DNA from: Endomicrobiales bacterium
GTDB lineage: Bacteria > Elusimicrobiota > Endomicrobiia > Endomicrobiales > CAWCFT01
Assembly: GCA_963794945.1 (NCBI GenBank)
Contig: CAWCFT010000011.1
Span: forward strand, 64,001-128,000
DNA length: 64,000 nt
Reading direction: 5' to 3'
Under the pieces are notes generated by a model. It worked only from the letters and a program-made list of their open reading frames with translations. It searched no databases and had not been told where the DNA came from. The position numbers and the translations under genes are program-made. The stretch's first letter is position 1; every line of letters starts with the position of its first letter. Of the stretch, positions 52,872 to 63,678 are shown one piece after another.

Positions 52872-53850
52872 TTAATTTTTTGTTGCGGTTTCTTGTTTTG
52901 AACCCTCCAACGAACGGGGATTGGACACCCCCTCGTAATCAATTCCTCCAACAGGCTCTTTTGAAATAGCCTGTTTTAATGTAGATAGTATGTCCTGGCA
53001 CAGGAGCGAGACCTTGCGCTTCTGCCCCAGAGACATGGACAGCGAGCGGACGTTCGTATTCTCGCGGGAAAGGGCAAGGATGTGCTTTCTTATCTCGTTG
53101 AACTTAGCATAATCCTCCGCCGCTTTTACAACATCGGGGTCGCCGCTTAATTTTTTAAACGCGGCAAGCCCGGAGAGGTTCTTGCGGACAATATTATCTT
53201 CACGCGCCATCTTCGCTTCTATCTCGTCCATTTTTTTATCGTTTTCTTCCGCTATGTGCGGCGCTAGCATTGTTTGTATGCGGAGTGCTCCGGCTTGGGC
53301 GCCGAAAGCAAGCGGCAGAATATTCTTAGATTCATTTGAATCCGTACTTTTTGCCGCAATCCGTGAGAGTGCGATGTCCATCTCATTGACAGCTTCTGCG
53401 GCCGGGCCGAAAGCCAGGGTGTAAGCCTTTATGTTCGTATTTTTCACTGCAAGTGCTAGCAGTTCATTATCAACATTTTTGAAATCCGCAAAGGCTTTGG
53501 AGAACTGGACAAAAATATCCTTTTCATCTGGGGTACCGCTCCTCGCCAGAAGTCCTCCCAGTTCCTTACTTTCGCGTTCCGCATTCGCCGTCAGCCGCAC
53601 GCGCCTGGTCCGCGAAAGTTAGGGAGTCCTGGTCTGTGACAGCCAAAACGGCGCTCTTTTCAGCTTCTGAAGCCGAGGCAAGGGACAGGCTCATCTGGGA
53701 TACAAGGTCCGCCCGCTTGGCCTTGAAAGCCAGTTGTCCGACTGGGCTTTGACCAGTTTTGAAATGCAGAGCTACAAGAATGATCGCAAGCAATATCACC
53801 GCCCCGAATGTCATCCATTGCAATTCTATCATTCCAGGTTTTATTTTCAC
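52872..53850 (-). CDS. Membrane-anchored four-helix-bundle (MCP-sensor-like) protein; frameshift near 53595
   Basis: One TM, then two helical repeats (AEKSAVLA...; LALAVKNTN / LALSRENTN); no cytoplasmic signalling domain. Confidence 0.65.
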
Positions 53851-53861
53851 GGGTCCCTCCG

Positions 53862-54611
53862 TTAAAAATTTATATCCAGTTGTGTCGTGAACTCGTTGTT
53901 TACATTGACCGCCGGGTTGAGATTGTTGTAAAACACATACCCGAATATTACGCTGGTGTTAGGAGCGAAATAGTACGAGAACCCAAGACTGGTAGAACCG
54001 TAATAGCTCTGGCCGGAAGCGTAATCTATAGCCGCCCACCACTTGTCGTTTATCTGCTTGTCCAAGCTTACTATAGCGCCAGTGTTCGCCTTGTTGCCGT
54101 TCTCATCAACCAGCAGGCTGCTGTTACCCATGTAGTAACCCACCGATAACCGCGGCAGAGGCTTGAACGTCTTTGCGGCTACCGCATACCATATGTTGTA
54201 GTTGGTTACATTGGTCTTTGTTCCGACATTCATGCTCCCTACGGCTATGGCTGGTATCTTGTCGCCTTCAGGCAAACCGTATTTGGCGTTGAACTGCACA
54301 GGGTTTGTGGAAGGCTCGAACACGTCTATCCCGACCTCAAGGTTCTTTATTAAGCCGTAGGTCAGGTTAACGTCAGTTGGAGTGTGGTTTGGTTTTGTGT
54401 CGTTGCTGGCTACTGAAAAGTAGTCGTCTATGCCAAGGTGCCACTTGTGCAGCTCCTGGATATCGGTCGATGGGTTCCATATCTGTGTGGAAGGCGTGGC
54501 GTAAAGTGAAGTGACCGTAGAAAGGTTTAAACCTAAAAACAGCAGCCAGAACAACTTCTTAATTTGAGTATACTTCTTCTTAAAATATGTTTTAAACATA
54601 AGATCTATCAA
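53862..54611 (-). CDS. Putative outer membrane beta-barrel/porin
   Basis: Signal peptide, alternating aromatic strands, terminal QLDINF. Confidence 0.65.
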   Translation of the reverse strand: MIDLMFKTYFKKKYTQIKKLFWLLFLGLNLSTVTSLYATPSTQIWNPSTDIQELHKWHLGIDDYFSVASNDTKPNHTPTDVNLTYGLIKNLEVGIDVFEPSTNPVQFNAKYGLPEGDKIPAIAVGSMNVGTKTNVTNYNIWYAVAAKTFKPLPRLSVGYYMGNSSLLVDENGNKANTGAIVSLDKQINDKWWAAIDYASGQSYYGSTSLGFSYYFAPNTSVIFGYVFYNNLNPAVNVNNEFTTQLDINF

Positions 54612-55063
54612 GCATCAGCCTGCTGAATGATCGCGATCACATCCTCTGGCGTTTTTGCTTCCATAAGCGACTGACGAAGATATTTGTCTTTCAGGATCTT
54701 AGAAATCTTCGCCATGGCCTGTAAATGCTCCCCCTTTGAATCCGCAGGGCCTATAAGCAGGAATATGATATTGACCGGATTGCCGTCCAGCGAGTTAAAT
54801 TCAACACCCTGTTTAGAGAAAGCAAGCACGGCCATCTGTTCTTTGACAATATCGCACCTGCAGTGCGGGATAGCGACGCCTTGCCCTATGCCTGTTGAGC
54901 CCAGCTTTTCACGCTGCATTATAGTTTCTATGGCTTCCGCCGAACTTTTTAGCTTGTGAAGCTTTACCAGCGTATCCACAAGTTCAATTATGGCCGGTTC
55001 TTTTTCACGCGCCTTAAGGTCAAGCACTATTGTTTCTTTACTAAGCAGGTCCATTATCTTCAT
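54608..55063 (-). CDS. PTS EIIA (Fru/Ntr family) protein
   Basis: REKLGSTGIGQGVAIPH, F.SLDG.PV, HLQAMAKIS. Confidence 0.92.
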   Translation of the reverse strand: MKIMDLLSKETIVLDLKAREKEPAIIELVDTLVKLHKLKSSAEAIETIMQREKLGSTGIGQGVAIPHCRCDIVKEQMAVLAFSKQGVEFNSLDGNPVNIIFLLIGPADSKGEHLQAMAKISKILKDKYLRQSLMEAKTPEDVIAIIQQADA

Positions 55064-55654
55064 TTATTTACCGCTCCCTTTATCAGACTGTGCACTTAAC
55101 TGGTCAAGCCTGCTGTTTAAGGCCAGGACATTAACTCCCTGACAACCCCAAACCCCTATAAAATCGCTGTCGGTATTTTTGTCTATGAGTTTTTTTACGT
55201 CCTTTAAGGATATACCGCGAGCCACGGCTACTCTTCCCGATTGGATCACAGCATTCTCTATACTGATATGAGGGTCAAGCCCGCTCGCGCTGGTAAGCGC
55301 CATATCCGCGGGAATATGTTTATCGGGATTTAATCCGTTTTCCTGCCTCAGTTTTGCTATTTTATCTGCCGTAGTCTCCATAAGTTTCTTGCTTGACGGG
55401 CCGAGATTGGTGCCGCCTGAATTTGTGCCGTCATAATTGTTAGCGGACATCCGGCTCTGAAAATATTTTGCGTCCGTAAAACCCTGCCCTATCAAACGCG
55501 AGCCGATGACAGTGTCTCCCTTTCGCAAAAGGCTCCCGTTAGCCTGGTACGGGAAAAGCGCCTGGGCTAGGAGCGTTATGCCTATCGGGTAAACAAGGCC
55601 CAGCATTACAGTGAAGATCAGGTAAATTCTTAGTGACATTAATATTTTTTTCAT
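55064..55654 (-). CDS. kdpC: K+-transporting ATPase subunit C
   Basis: FPYQANGSL, SGGTNLGPS, TSASGLDPHIS, VNVLALN. Confidence 0.95.
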   Translation of the reverse strand: MKKILMSLRIYLIFTVMLGLVYPIGITLLAQALFPYQANGSLLRKGDTVIGSRLIGQGFTDAKYFQSRMSANNYDGTNSGGTNLGPSSKKLMETTADKIAKLRQENGLNPDKHIPADMALTSASGLDPHISIENAVIQSGRVAVARGISLKDVKKLIDKNTDSDFIGVWGCQGVNVLALNSRLDQLSAQSDKGSGK

Positions 55655-55679
55655 TTTGCGGTTCTCCTTTTTTAAATTC

Positions 55680-55760
55680 AATATTACAGATTACAAATTG
55701 ACACAATAACACAAGCTATTGACATTAATCTGTAATTTGATATTTGTAATTTGTAATTAC
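55680..55760. repeat. Heptamer-periodic palindromic element, copy 1
   Basis: ATTACAGATTACAAATTGACAC ... TTAATCTGTAATTTGATATTTGTAATTTGTAAT. Confidence 0.75.
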
Positions 55761-55762
55761 TT

Positions 55763-57802
55763 TCAAGCAAGCCTCAAGAATACCAGCAGCATATCGATAA
55801 GCTTTATACCTATGAAAGGCAGTATAAGACCTCCCACCCCATAGATAAGGAAATTCCTGACTAGCAGCGCCTGGGCAGTCGTCTGCCTGTACTGGACGCC
55901 TTTAAGCGAAAGCGGTATAAGCAGAGGAATTATAATCGCGTTAAATATCACCGCAGCAAGCACCGCGCTTTGAGGGTTCGCCAGATGCATGACGTTTAAA
56001 ATACCCAGCATCGGGTAAGTCGCCGCGAATACCGCAGGTATTATGGCGAAATATTTGGCGACGTCGTTGGTTACGCTAAATGTCGTGATAGACCCTCTCG
56101 TGATGAGTATTTGTTTACCTATCTCGACTATATCCAAAAGCTTAGTCGGGTTGGAATCAAGGTCTATCATGTTCGCGGCTTCGCGCGCGGCCTGAGTACC
56201 CGCGTTCATGGCAACTGCCACGTCCGCTTGTGCCAGCGCGGGGGCGTCGTTCGTACCGTCGCCTATCATCGCAACAAGGTTGCCTCTCGACTGCAATTCC
56301 CTTATGCTGTTAAGCTTAGTTTCCGGTTTGGCAGGCGCGATAAAGTCGCTCACCCCTGCTTCCGCGGCTATGACGACCGCTGTAAGCGGGTTGTCACCTG
56401 TTATCATGATGGATTCTATCCCCATCATCTGGAGCTGTGCCAGACGCTCTTTGATGCCGGTCTTAAGGACGTCTTTGAGCCTTATGACACCCAAGACTTT
56501 TCCATTCTCGCAGACGACAAGCGGCGTGCCGCCGTCGCCCGACACATCGTTTGCCAGCCTCTCGGCATCATCCGATATAATACAACTGCTGGATTTAACG
56601 TATCCTGCGATAGCGTCAAAAGAACCCTTGCGTATTTTTTGCCCTTCCATATCTATACCGCTCATGCGCGTCTGCGCGCTGAACTCTATAAACGTCGAAC
56701 CTTCAGGCGCCCTTATGTCGCGGCCTCTCACCTTCAGCCTGTCCTTGGCAAGAACGACAATACTCCTGCCTTCCGGCGTATCGTCCGCGAGCGATGAAAG
56801 CATAGCGGCTTTAGCAAGCTCATCTTCAGTGACACCCGAAACAGGCAAAAATTCAGTGGCCATCCTGTTGCCGAGAGTTATTGTTCCGGTCTTATCAAGG
56901 AGTACAACGTTGACATCGCCTGCGGCTTCCACAGCCCTGCCGCTGAGAGCAATAACGTTGTTGGTCAAAAGCCTGTCCATACCCGCTATTCCTATAGCCG
57001 GCAGAAGTGCGCCTATCGTAGTCGGCATCAGGCACACAAGCAGTGAAATAAGTATCGGTATAGATACCGGCACGCTCATGTATCCGGCGAAGTATTTTAA
57101 TGTTACGCAGACCACAAGGAACAATACCGTCATCGCTATGAGCAGTATCTCAAGCGCTTTTTCGTTCGGTGTTTTCTGGCGCTTCGCGCTTTCCACCATG
57201 CCTATCATCCGGTCTAAAAATGTTTCACCGGGGTTCGCTGTTATCTTGACCTTAAGGTTACCCGACAAAACCTTTGTGCCTCCGGTCACTGCGCTCTTGT
57301 CTCCGCCCGATTCCCTGACTACAGGCGCGGATTCTCCGGTTATCGGCGATTCGTCCACAAGGGCCACACCTTCGATTATCTCACCGTCAACAGGTATCAT
57401 CTCGTTATCTTTTACTATGACGACATCTTCCTTGCGCAGCGCATCCGAAGACACGCTCTCTATTGTGCCGTCAGCAAGTAATTTATTGGCGGACGTCTCG
57501 CTCCTCGCTTTCTTTAGAGCTTCAGCCTGGGCTTTCCCTTTTCCTTCCGCTAGCGCTGTCGCGAAGTTTGAGAACAGCACAGTAAACCAAAGCCAGAGGC
57601 TTATATGAAGGTCGAAACCAAAGCTTCTGCCCTGCAAAATATTTCTTACCGCAATATAAGATACCACCGCTGACCCGAACTCTACAACCAGCATGACCGG
57701 ATTGCGTACAAGAGTCATCGGGTTAAGCATTATAAATGACTCTTTTACAGCTTTTATAATGAACTTAGCCTGCCATATGCTTTTATTAGGTTTGTTTTCC
57801 AT
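55763..57802 (-). CDS. kdpB: K+-transporting ATPase subunit B
   Basis: [27 protein letters not shown]. Confidence 0.97.
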   Translation of the reverse strand: MENKPNKSIWQAKFIIKAVKESFIMLNPMTLVRNPVMLVVEFGSAVVSYIAVRNILQGRSFGFDLHISLWLWFTVLFSNFATALAEGKGKAQAEALKKARSETSANKLLADGTIESVSSDALRKEDVVIVKDNEMIPVDGEIIEGVALVDESPITGESAPVVRESGGDKSAVTGGTKVLSGNLKVKITANPGETFLDRMIGMVESAKRQKTPNEKALEILLIAMTVLFLVVCVTLKYFAGYMSVPVSIPILISLLVCLMPTTIGALLPAIGIAGMDRLLTNNVIALSGRAVEAAGDVNVVLLDKTGTITLGNRMATEFLPVSGVTEDELAKAAMLSSLADDTPEGRSIVVLAKDRLKVRGRDIRAPEGSTFIEFSAQTRMSGIDMEGQKIRKGSFDAIAGYVKSSSCIISDDAERLANDVSGDGGTPLVVCENGKVLGVIRLKDVLKTGIKERLAQLQMMGIESIMITGDNPLTAVVIAAEAGVSDFIAPAKPETKLNSIRELQSRGNLVAMIGDGTNDAPALAQADVAVAMNAGTQAAREAANMIDLDSNPTKLLDIVEIGKQILITRGSITTFSVTNDVAKYFAIIPAVFAATYPMLGILNVMHLANPQSAVLAAVIFNAIIIPLLIPLSLKGVQYRQTTAQALLVRNFLIYGVGGLILPFIGIKLIDMLLVFLRLA

Positions 57803-59506
57803 TAGAATGTCCTCCCGGCTTGTATAAACAAATGCTCAAGCAGCGGCCCTAGCGCAAGCGGCGGAAAAAATGATAAAGCGCCAACTATTATAACCACACT
57901 CACGAGCATTATAACAAAAAGCGGGCTCGCGGTAGGGAATTTTACGCTTTTAGGCACCATCTTTTTTTGCACCAGCATTCCCGCTATAGCAAGCGAAGGG
58001 ACAATGACGAAATACCGCCCCACTATCATAGCGCAACACCCCGCAAGGTTGTAGAAAGGCGTGTTGCCGTTCAGGCCGGCGAAGGCCGAACCGTTGTTTC
58101 CCGCCATGGAAACAAAAGCGTACATTATTTCAGAAAATCCGTGAGGCCCCGCATTGTTCAAGCTTGAAAGTCCGAAATCGTGCGAAACCCCAATAGCCGT
58201 GAACGTAAGCTGAATTACGGTAGAAGAGAGCAGAACGATAACAGCCATTATCATCTCGTTCGGTTCGAGTTTTTTGCCGAATATCTCGGGTGTTCTGCCT
58301 ATCATGAGGCCCACAAGGAACATGGTTATTATCGCGTAAATTATCATACTGATAAGCCCAGTGCCCACCCCGCCGAATATCACCTCTCCAATTGCTATGT
58401 TAAATATTGCTATCATTCCGGTAAGAGGCATAAGGCTATCGTGCATGCAGTTAACAGCTCCGCATGAAGTTACAGTGGTGGACTGCGCGAAAACCACCGA
58501 CGCAAGCTGGCCAAACCTTACCTCTTTGCCTTCCATGTTCCAACCGCCTATAATACCCAGCTTCGAAAGCAATGGATTGCCGTGGAACTCAGACCACATC
58601 ATAGTGCCAAGACCCATTAGATAAAGTATCATCATGGATATATAAATTATCCAGCCCTGTTTTCGCGAGCCTGTCATCTTTCCGAAAGCGAACGGCGAAG
58701 CCGCCGCTATAATAAGAAGTCCCAATATCTCAAGGTAGTCTGTCATAGGTGTCGGGTTCTCGTACGGGTGAGCCGAGTTCGCATTAAAGAAACCGCCGCC
58801 ATTGGTCCCTACCATCTTAATGGCTACCTGCGAAGCTGCCTGGCCCCATCGGCAGAACCTGTTCTGTGCCTTGTAATGTCTTTGCTTTCACGTAAGAATG
58901 GAAATTCTGTATCACTCCCTGGCTGACAAGAACCAAAGCGAACACTATAGATAAAGGAAGCAGTATATGAACGGTTGAACGGGTCAGGTCAGCCCAGAAA
59001 TTACCTATATTAGTTACGTTTTGGCGGACGAACGCCCTCATGAAAGCTATCATTGCCGCGAGTCCAACTGCCGCAGACATAAAATTCTGCACAGTTAACC
59101 CCATCATCTGGGTGAGATAGCTCATGGTGCTTTCCGGAGTATAATTTTGCCAGTTAGTGTTCGTAACGAACGATACCGCGGTGTTGAGTGCCAAGTCCCA
59201 TTTCACAGGCCCGAACTTCTGTGGATTGAGCGGAAGTAACTGCTGAACCTCTTGTATTAAAAAGAGAGCCGCTATGGCTATCGCGTTAAATATAAGAAGG
59301 TCCACCGCGTATGTTTTCCAGTCCATCTCTTCATCCGCGTTGACCCCGAACAATTTGTAAAGCCCTTTTTCAATGGGCGCCAGCACCGGCGATAGAAAAG
59401 TCCTGTTGCCGGAGAACACGTTTGCCATGTATTCGCCAAGCACAACAGCCGCCGCTGTCAAAACTGATAAAAATATTGCAAGTTGAAACATCCATCCGTT
59501 AACCAT
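57802..59506 (-). CDS. kdpA: K+-transporting ATPase subunit A; frameshift near 58835
   Basis: [38 protein letters not shown]. Confidence 0.95.
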
Positions 59507-59545
59507 ATTATTGACCTCCATTTACACAAACTCATTTGCTACTGC

Positions 59546-59636
59546 TGTCATTTCGACCTGCCGAAGAGGCAGAGAGAAATCTTCCATCAAACAAGACCAA
59601 GATCTCTCATCCGCCCCTGGCGGATTCGAGATGACA
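59546..59636. repeat. REP/MITE-like palindromic element in the kdpA leader
   Basis: TGTCATTTCGA ... GAGAAATCTT ... AAGATCTCTC ... TCGAGATGACA with internal hairpins. Confidence 0.7.
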
Positions 59637-59653
59637 TTCATTAAGACCGTGGC

Positions 59654-59683
59654 AAATAAAAAACCGAAGAACAAGTTCTCCGG
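59654..59683 (-). terminator. Intrinsic terminator forming the riboswitch expression platform
   Basis: Minus strand CCGGAGAAC-tt-GTTCTTCGG followed by TTTTTTATTT. Confidence 0.75.
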
Positions 59684-59702
59684 CATTGTTCTCTCAACTT
59701 AT

Positions 59703-59850
59703 ATGCTTACGGGGTTAGCTGTCGGGCTCGGGATGAGAATTCCCTTCCGCCTAAAGCGGATTCGCCCCCAGGCTCTTCGTTGAGCCGTTTTTGGGTTCCC
59801 CGTCTTTTCCACCGAGATCAACCGGCAGACTAAGACTAGTTCAGCATTTT
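59703..59850 (-). ncRNA. c-di-AMP (ydaO/yuaA) riboswitch aptamer
   Basis: Minus strand TGCTGAA...GGGGAACC...GGGGGCGAATCC...AGGG...CCCGAGCCCGACAGCTAACCCCGTAAGC, upstream of kdpA. Confidence 0.9.
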
Positions 59851-59940
59851 CTTATGTTTACAGGATTATCTTATCACAAAGCTAAAAACAAGGCAAGTCA
59901 ATTTTTCGTCAATTTTTGACGCAATGGATGTGAACGTATT

Positions 59941-60643
59941 TTAGATTTCCGTGCATAACCTATACCCAACAGCGGGTTCGGTGAGAATATAGGCTGGCCT
60001 ATTGGGGTTGGGTTCTATTTTGTTTCGCAGGTTGCTTATGGTTACCCTGAGGAGATGCTCGGCGCCTTCGACGCTTTCGGTTTTGTCCCAGATCTCTTTT
60101 AATATCTGGGCCTGTGTCACGATGCCGCCGGCGTTTTGGACAAGTATCTTTAGTACGCTGTATTCTGTTTTTGTGAGGTGAACCTCGCTGCCTTTTACTT
60201 CCACAATGTGTTTCGCTATATCCAGCGACAGGTTTTTTACTTTGAACACACTGCTTTTGGTTTGGGGCATCAGCCTTCTCATGACCGCCCTTATGCGCGC
60301 GAGCATCTCGCCCGCCTCAAAAGGTTTTGTAAGGTAGTCGTCCGCGCCGGCGTCAAGAGCAGCGATCTTGTCCGACTCGTCTTCCCTGACTGATAGAATT
60401 ATGATCGGAACGTTAGACCTTTTACGGATATGCCTGGTTACTTCTGTGCCGTCCATGTCGGGCAAGCCGAGGTCAAGAATAATAGTGTCCGGCTGAAAGG
60501 AAACCGCGTTCTCCAGGGCTTCCTTGCCGTTGACCGCTTCTGATACACTGTAATCGTGAGAGACCAGAGCCGCCTTGAGGAAGCGTTCTGACTGTTTTTT
60601 CGTCGTCAACAATAAGTATTCGCGGTTGAGCTTTGTCGGCCAT
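59941..60643 (-). CDS. kdpE: KdpE-like OmpR-family response regulator; frameshift near 60595
   Basis: RILIVDDE, IILDLGLPDMDG, LDAGADDYLTKPF, ILTEPAVGYRL. Confidence 0.88.
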
Positions 60644-60654
60644 TGTAAACCTTT

Positions 60655-60728
60655 ATTACAAATTACATATTCCAGATTACAGATTAAATTCAACTAAGTA
60701 TTTTGGTGTCAATTTGTAATCTGTAATG
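60655..60728. repeat. Heptamer-periodic palindromic element, copy 2 (inverted relative to copy 1)
   Basis: GTGTCAATTTGTAATCTGTAAT is the exact reverse complement of a 22-nt stretch starting near 55683. Confidence 0.75.
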
Positions 60729-60758
60729 CTTTTAAGCTGACAGTAATCTTTAATGCCC

Positions 60759-62249
60759 TTACTTTAACGGCAATAGAACCGTAAATGTCGCACCGTTGTC
60801 AGCGTTGTTCTCGGCCCAAATCTTTCCGCCATGGACCTCAACAATGCCTTTGCAGATGGAAAGGCCGAGGCCGGTTCCCGTAATTTGCCTTGGTTTTACG
60901 GCTCTGTAGAACTTATTAAAAATGCGGGCAAGGTCTTCCGCCGGAACTCCAAAACCGCGGTCCTCAACTTCGATCCGCACTTCATTTCCCAAAAGAGAGG
61001 CCGTTATCTTTATCGGTGTTCCCTGCGCGGAATACTTGGCGGCATTGTCCAGCAGGTTAACGAACACCCTCATCATCAGCGTGAAGTCCATCGGCACCTC
61101 TTGCAGATCTTCGGGTATATTTATCTGTATGTCCCTGCCTTCTAGCTTGTCTTTCAGGGGCTGCAGTGACGCGCCTATGACATCCCTCAGGTCGCAGGGC
61201 TTAAGGTGTATCTTCAAAGTGCCGGACTCTACCCTGGTCATATCCAGAAGGTTGCCAACGAGCCTGTTTAAATGATCCGATTCTTCGTAAGCGGTTTCCA
61301 AAAGCTCCTTGCGGGTTTCGGCGTCCACCGAAGACGAATCGTGAAGGAGGCTGCTCAGCGCCCCTTTTATAGAAACGAGCGGCGTTCTCAGGTCGTGCGA
61401 GATGGAATTTAATAGCGCGGTTTGCAGTTTCTCCGTGGCTTTGACGATCTCCATCTGGCGCGAAGTTTCAGCAAGCCTTACCCGCTGGATAGCGACGGCC
61501 GCCTGGTTTGCCAGCGCGTTTAGCAGGTCATTTTCTTCATTATCAAGTTTTATTTTATCTTCCTTAAATAGTATGCCGAGAACTCCGAATATATCCCGCG
61601 CCGTTCTAAGCGGAAGGTAATGAGCTTTTACAGCCTGCAGGCTGTCCGTTCCCCACCCGGCCGGCTTGCCGGAAGTAAATACCCAGTCAACGATAGCCTT
61701 TTCGTGTTCATCAATAGGGAAATCGATGTCAAAACTTTCGGGGGCCATCTTTTCTCCCGCAGGAAGCAATACCGCTACCCTGCAATTGAATATCTCGCCG
61801 ATGTTGGCCCGTATGGCGCGCATAACGGCATCGGAAGAATCGGACGCCGCTAGGTCACTGCTCAACCTGTAAAGAATAGCGGTCCGGGTTTCCTTCTTGC
61901 CGGCCTCGATAGTTTGCTGCCTTGTTTTGGACATAAGTCCGCTTATTATCAAGCCCACTACAAGAAGGCCCGCGAACGTGAAAATGTATTGGATATCGCT
62001 GACGACGAACGTAAGATACGGTGGAACGAGGAAATAGTCGAACGCGAGGACGCTCAGAATCGAAGTCATCACCGCCGGGCCTTTCCCCCACAGGACCGCG
62101 GATAAAATAACTATCATCAAGTACAAAATTACGATATTCGCCTGCACCAGCGCTTTCCCGGTTACACTGCCCAGAAAAGTCGCGGCCACAACAAGGATGA
62201 TGCTTGTTAAATATTGAAATACCTTGTCTTGATTGATGCTTGAATTCAT
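60759..62249 (-). CDS. kdpD: KdpD kinase half: 4TM (DUF4118), GAF, HisKA, HATPase; no N-terminal KdpD/USP domains
   Basis: FDYFLVPPYLTF, ALLNSISHDLRTPL, NLLDNAAKY, GTGLGLSIC. Confidence 0.9.
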   Translation of the reverse strand: MNSSINQDKVFQYLTSIILVVAATFLGSVTGKALVQANIVILYLMIVILSAVLWGKGPAVMTSILSVLAFDYFLVPPYLTFVVSDIQYIFTFAGLLVVGLIISGLMSKTRQQTIEAGKKETRTAILYRLSSDLAASDSSDAVMRAIRANIGEIFNCRVAVLLPAGEKMAPESFDIDFPIDEHEKAIVDWVFTSGKPAGWGTDSLQAVKAHYLPLRTARDIFGVLGILFKEDKIKLDNEENDLLNALANQAAVAIQRVRLAETSRQMEIVKATEKLQTALLNSISHDLRTPLVSIKGALSSLLHDSSSVDAETRKELLETAYEESDHLNRLVGNLLDMTRVESGTLKIHLKPCDLRDVIGASLQPLKDKLEGRDIQINIPEDLQEVPMDFTLMMRVFVNLLDNAAKYSAQGTPIKITASLLGNEVRIEVEDRGFGVPAEDLARIFNKFYRAVKPRQITGTGLGLSICKGIVEVHGGKIWAENNADNGATFTVLLPLK

Positions 62250-62375
62250 AATTCCTGATTTCTACTTAAAAGTTGAAAACCACACCACGCGTGCGCGCGA
62301 TGCGGCCGACAGATCGTCAAACCTTTAACAAAGGGATTCTATCTCTTTTTGACTTGTTTTTCAAGGAAGAATGGA

Positions 62376-63668
62376 CTACAACGATTCAGTGACTTCTTCA
62401 GAAACTTCTATGCCTTTTTCAACCTCAAGAGTAATCTCTTTCTCAAGCGGGCGTTTTATATCTTTTGCCAGTAAAATATCCTTTGAGAAAACAAAAGCGC
62501 CCAGTATACAGAATGTCCCTCCGATCATCAGCGTGTGCGGCGTGCCCATATAGCCCGCGAGACAGCCCGCGACCAGAGCACCGAAAGGCGCCATACCCAT
62601 AAAAGCCATGGCGTACAGAGCCATTATGCGGCCCTTTTTATCATCGTCAACAAGAACCTGAAGCACCGTATTGCTTGAAGCCCCCTGCACCATCATCCCG
62701 CAGCCGGTAAAGGCAAGCATAAGCAAAGCAAGCCATAGAGACCTTGTAAACGAGACGGCAATCAAACCCGCCCCGAACAAAGCCGCCGAAGCCGGTATCA
62801 TCCTGCTTATGTTGTAACTGTTTTTCCTTGAAGCGAGGAACAGCGCCCCGCACAGAGCCCCGAAACCGGCCGCGCCCATAAGGAACCCAAGCGTGCGCGG
62901 CCCGCCCCCAAGTACCTGTTTTGCAAAAACCGGCATCAATACCATGTATGACATGCCGAAAAGGCTCACCAGCGCGAGCAGAAGCAAAATCGAGCGCATC
63001 GGAGCGGAATTTGAAACGTAAACGAACCCTTCTTTAAAATCGTGCAGGACACGGGTATTCCTTATCGTCTTAACCTTCAGTGGTATCTTCATCGTAAGCA
63101 GGGCTACTATAATAACCAGATAACTCGCGCTGTTGATGAAAAAACATACACCCTCACCGAAAGAAGCGATCAATATACCCGTGATAGAAGGGCCTAATAG
63201 CCTCGCGCCGTTAACCATGGAGGAGTTGAGCGCTATCGCGTTGCCGAGGTCTTCTTTGTCCTCTATCATATCAACCACAAAAGACTGCCGTGCAGTGATA
63301 TCGAAAGCGTTGAGAATGCCGAGCACGATATTAAGGGCTATTATCCAGGCAACCGTTATCTTTCCGGTTACGACTAGTATTGCCAGAAGCAACGCCTGCG
63401 CCATGGCGAGCACCTGGGTTGCGAAAAAAATAGTTTTTTTGTTCCATCTATCGGCCGCCACCCCGCCAAGCGGCGAAAGCATAAAAGTGGGTATCTGGCT
63501 GACGAAGCCCACCACGCCGAGCATGACCGCAGATCCCGTAAGCCGGTAGACGAGCCAGCTTGTGGCAATGCGCTGCATCCATGTGCCGATCAGAGACGTT
63601 CCCTGCCCGAGAAAGAACAACCTGTAATTCGGATATTTTAGCGCCCTGAACGTTGACTTAAGTGACAT
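62376..63668 (-). CDS. MFS transporter (transmembrane secretion effector type)
   Basis: FRALKYPNYRLFF.GQ..SLIGTWMQ, GGVAADR, ~12 TM. Confidence 0.9.
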   Translation of the reverse strand: MSLKSTFRALKYPNYRLFFLGQGTSLIGTWMQRIATSWLVYRLTGSAVMLGVVGFVSQIPTFMLSPLGGVAADRWNKKTIFFATQVLAMAQALLLAILVVTGKITVAWIIALNIVLGILNAFDITARQSFVVDMIEDKEDLGNAIALNSSMVNGARLLGPSITGILIASFGEGVCFFINSASYLVIIVALLTMKIPLKVKTIRNTRVLHDFKEGFVYVSNSAPMRSILLLLALVSLFGMSYMVLMPVFAKQVLGGGPRTLGFLMGAAGFGALCGALFLASRKNSYNISRMIPASAALFGAGLIAVSFTRSLWLALLMLAFTGCGMMVQGASSNTVLQVLVDDDKKGRIMALYAMAFMGMAPFGALVAGCLAGYMGTPHTLMIGGTFCILGAFVFSKDILLAKDIKRPLEKEITLEVEKGIEVSEEVTESL

Positions 63669-63678
63669 AACAACCTTT

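Noticed and set aside
56208..57608. 466-aa plus-strand ORF and many similar antisense ORFs in the track
   Set aside because: Shadow frames of well-supported opposite-strand genes (here kdpB), with no recognisable motifs.
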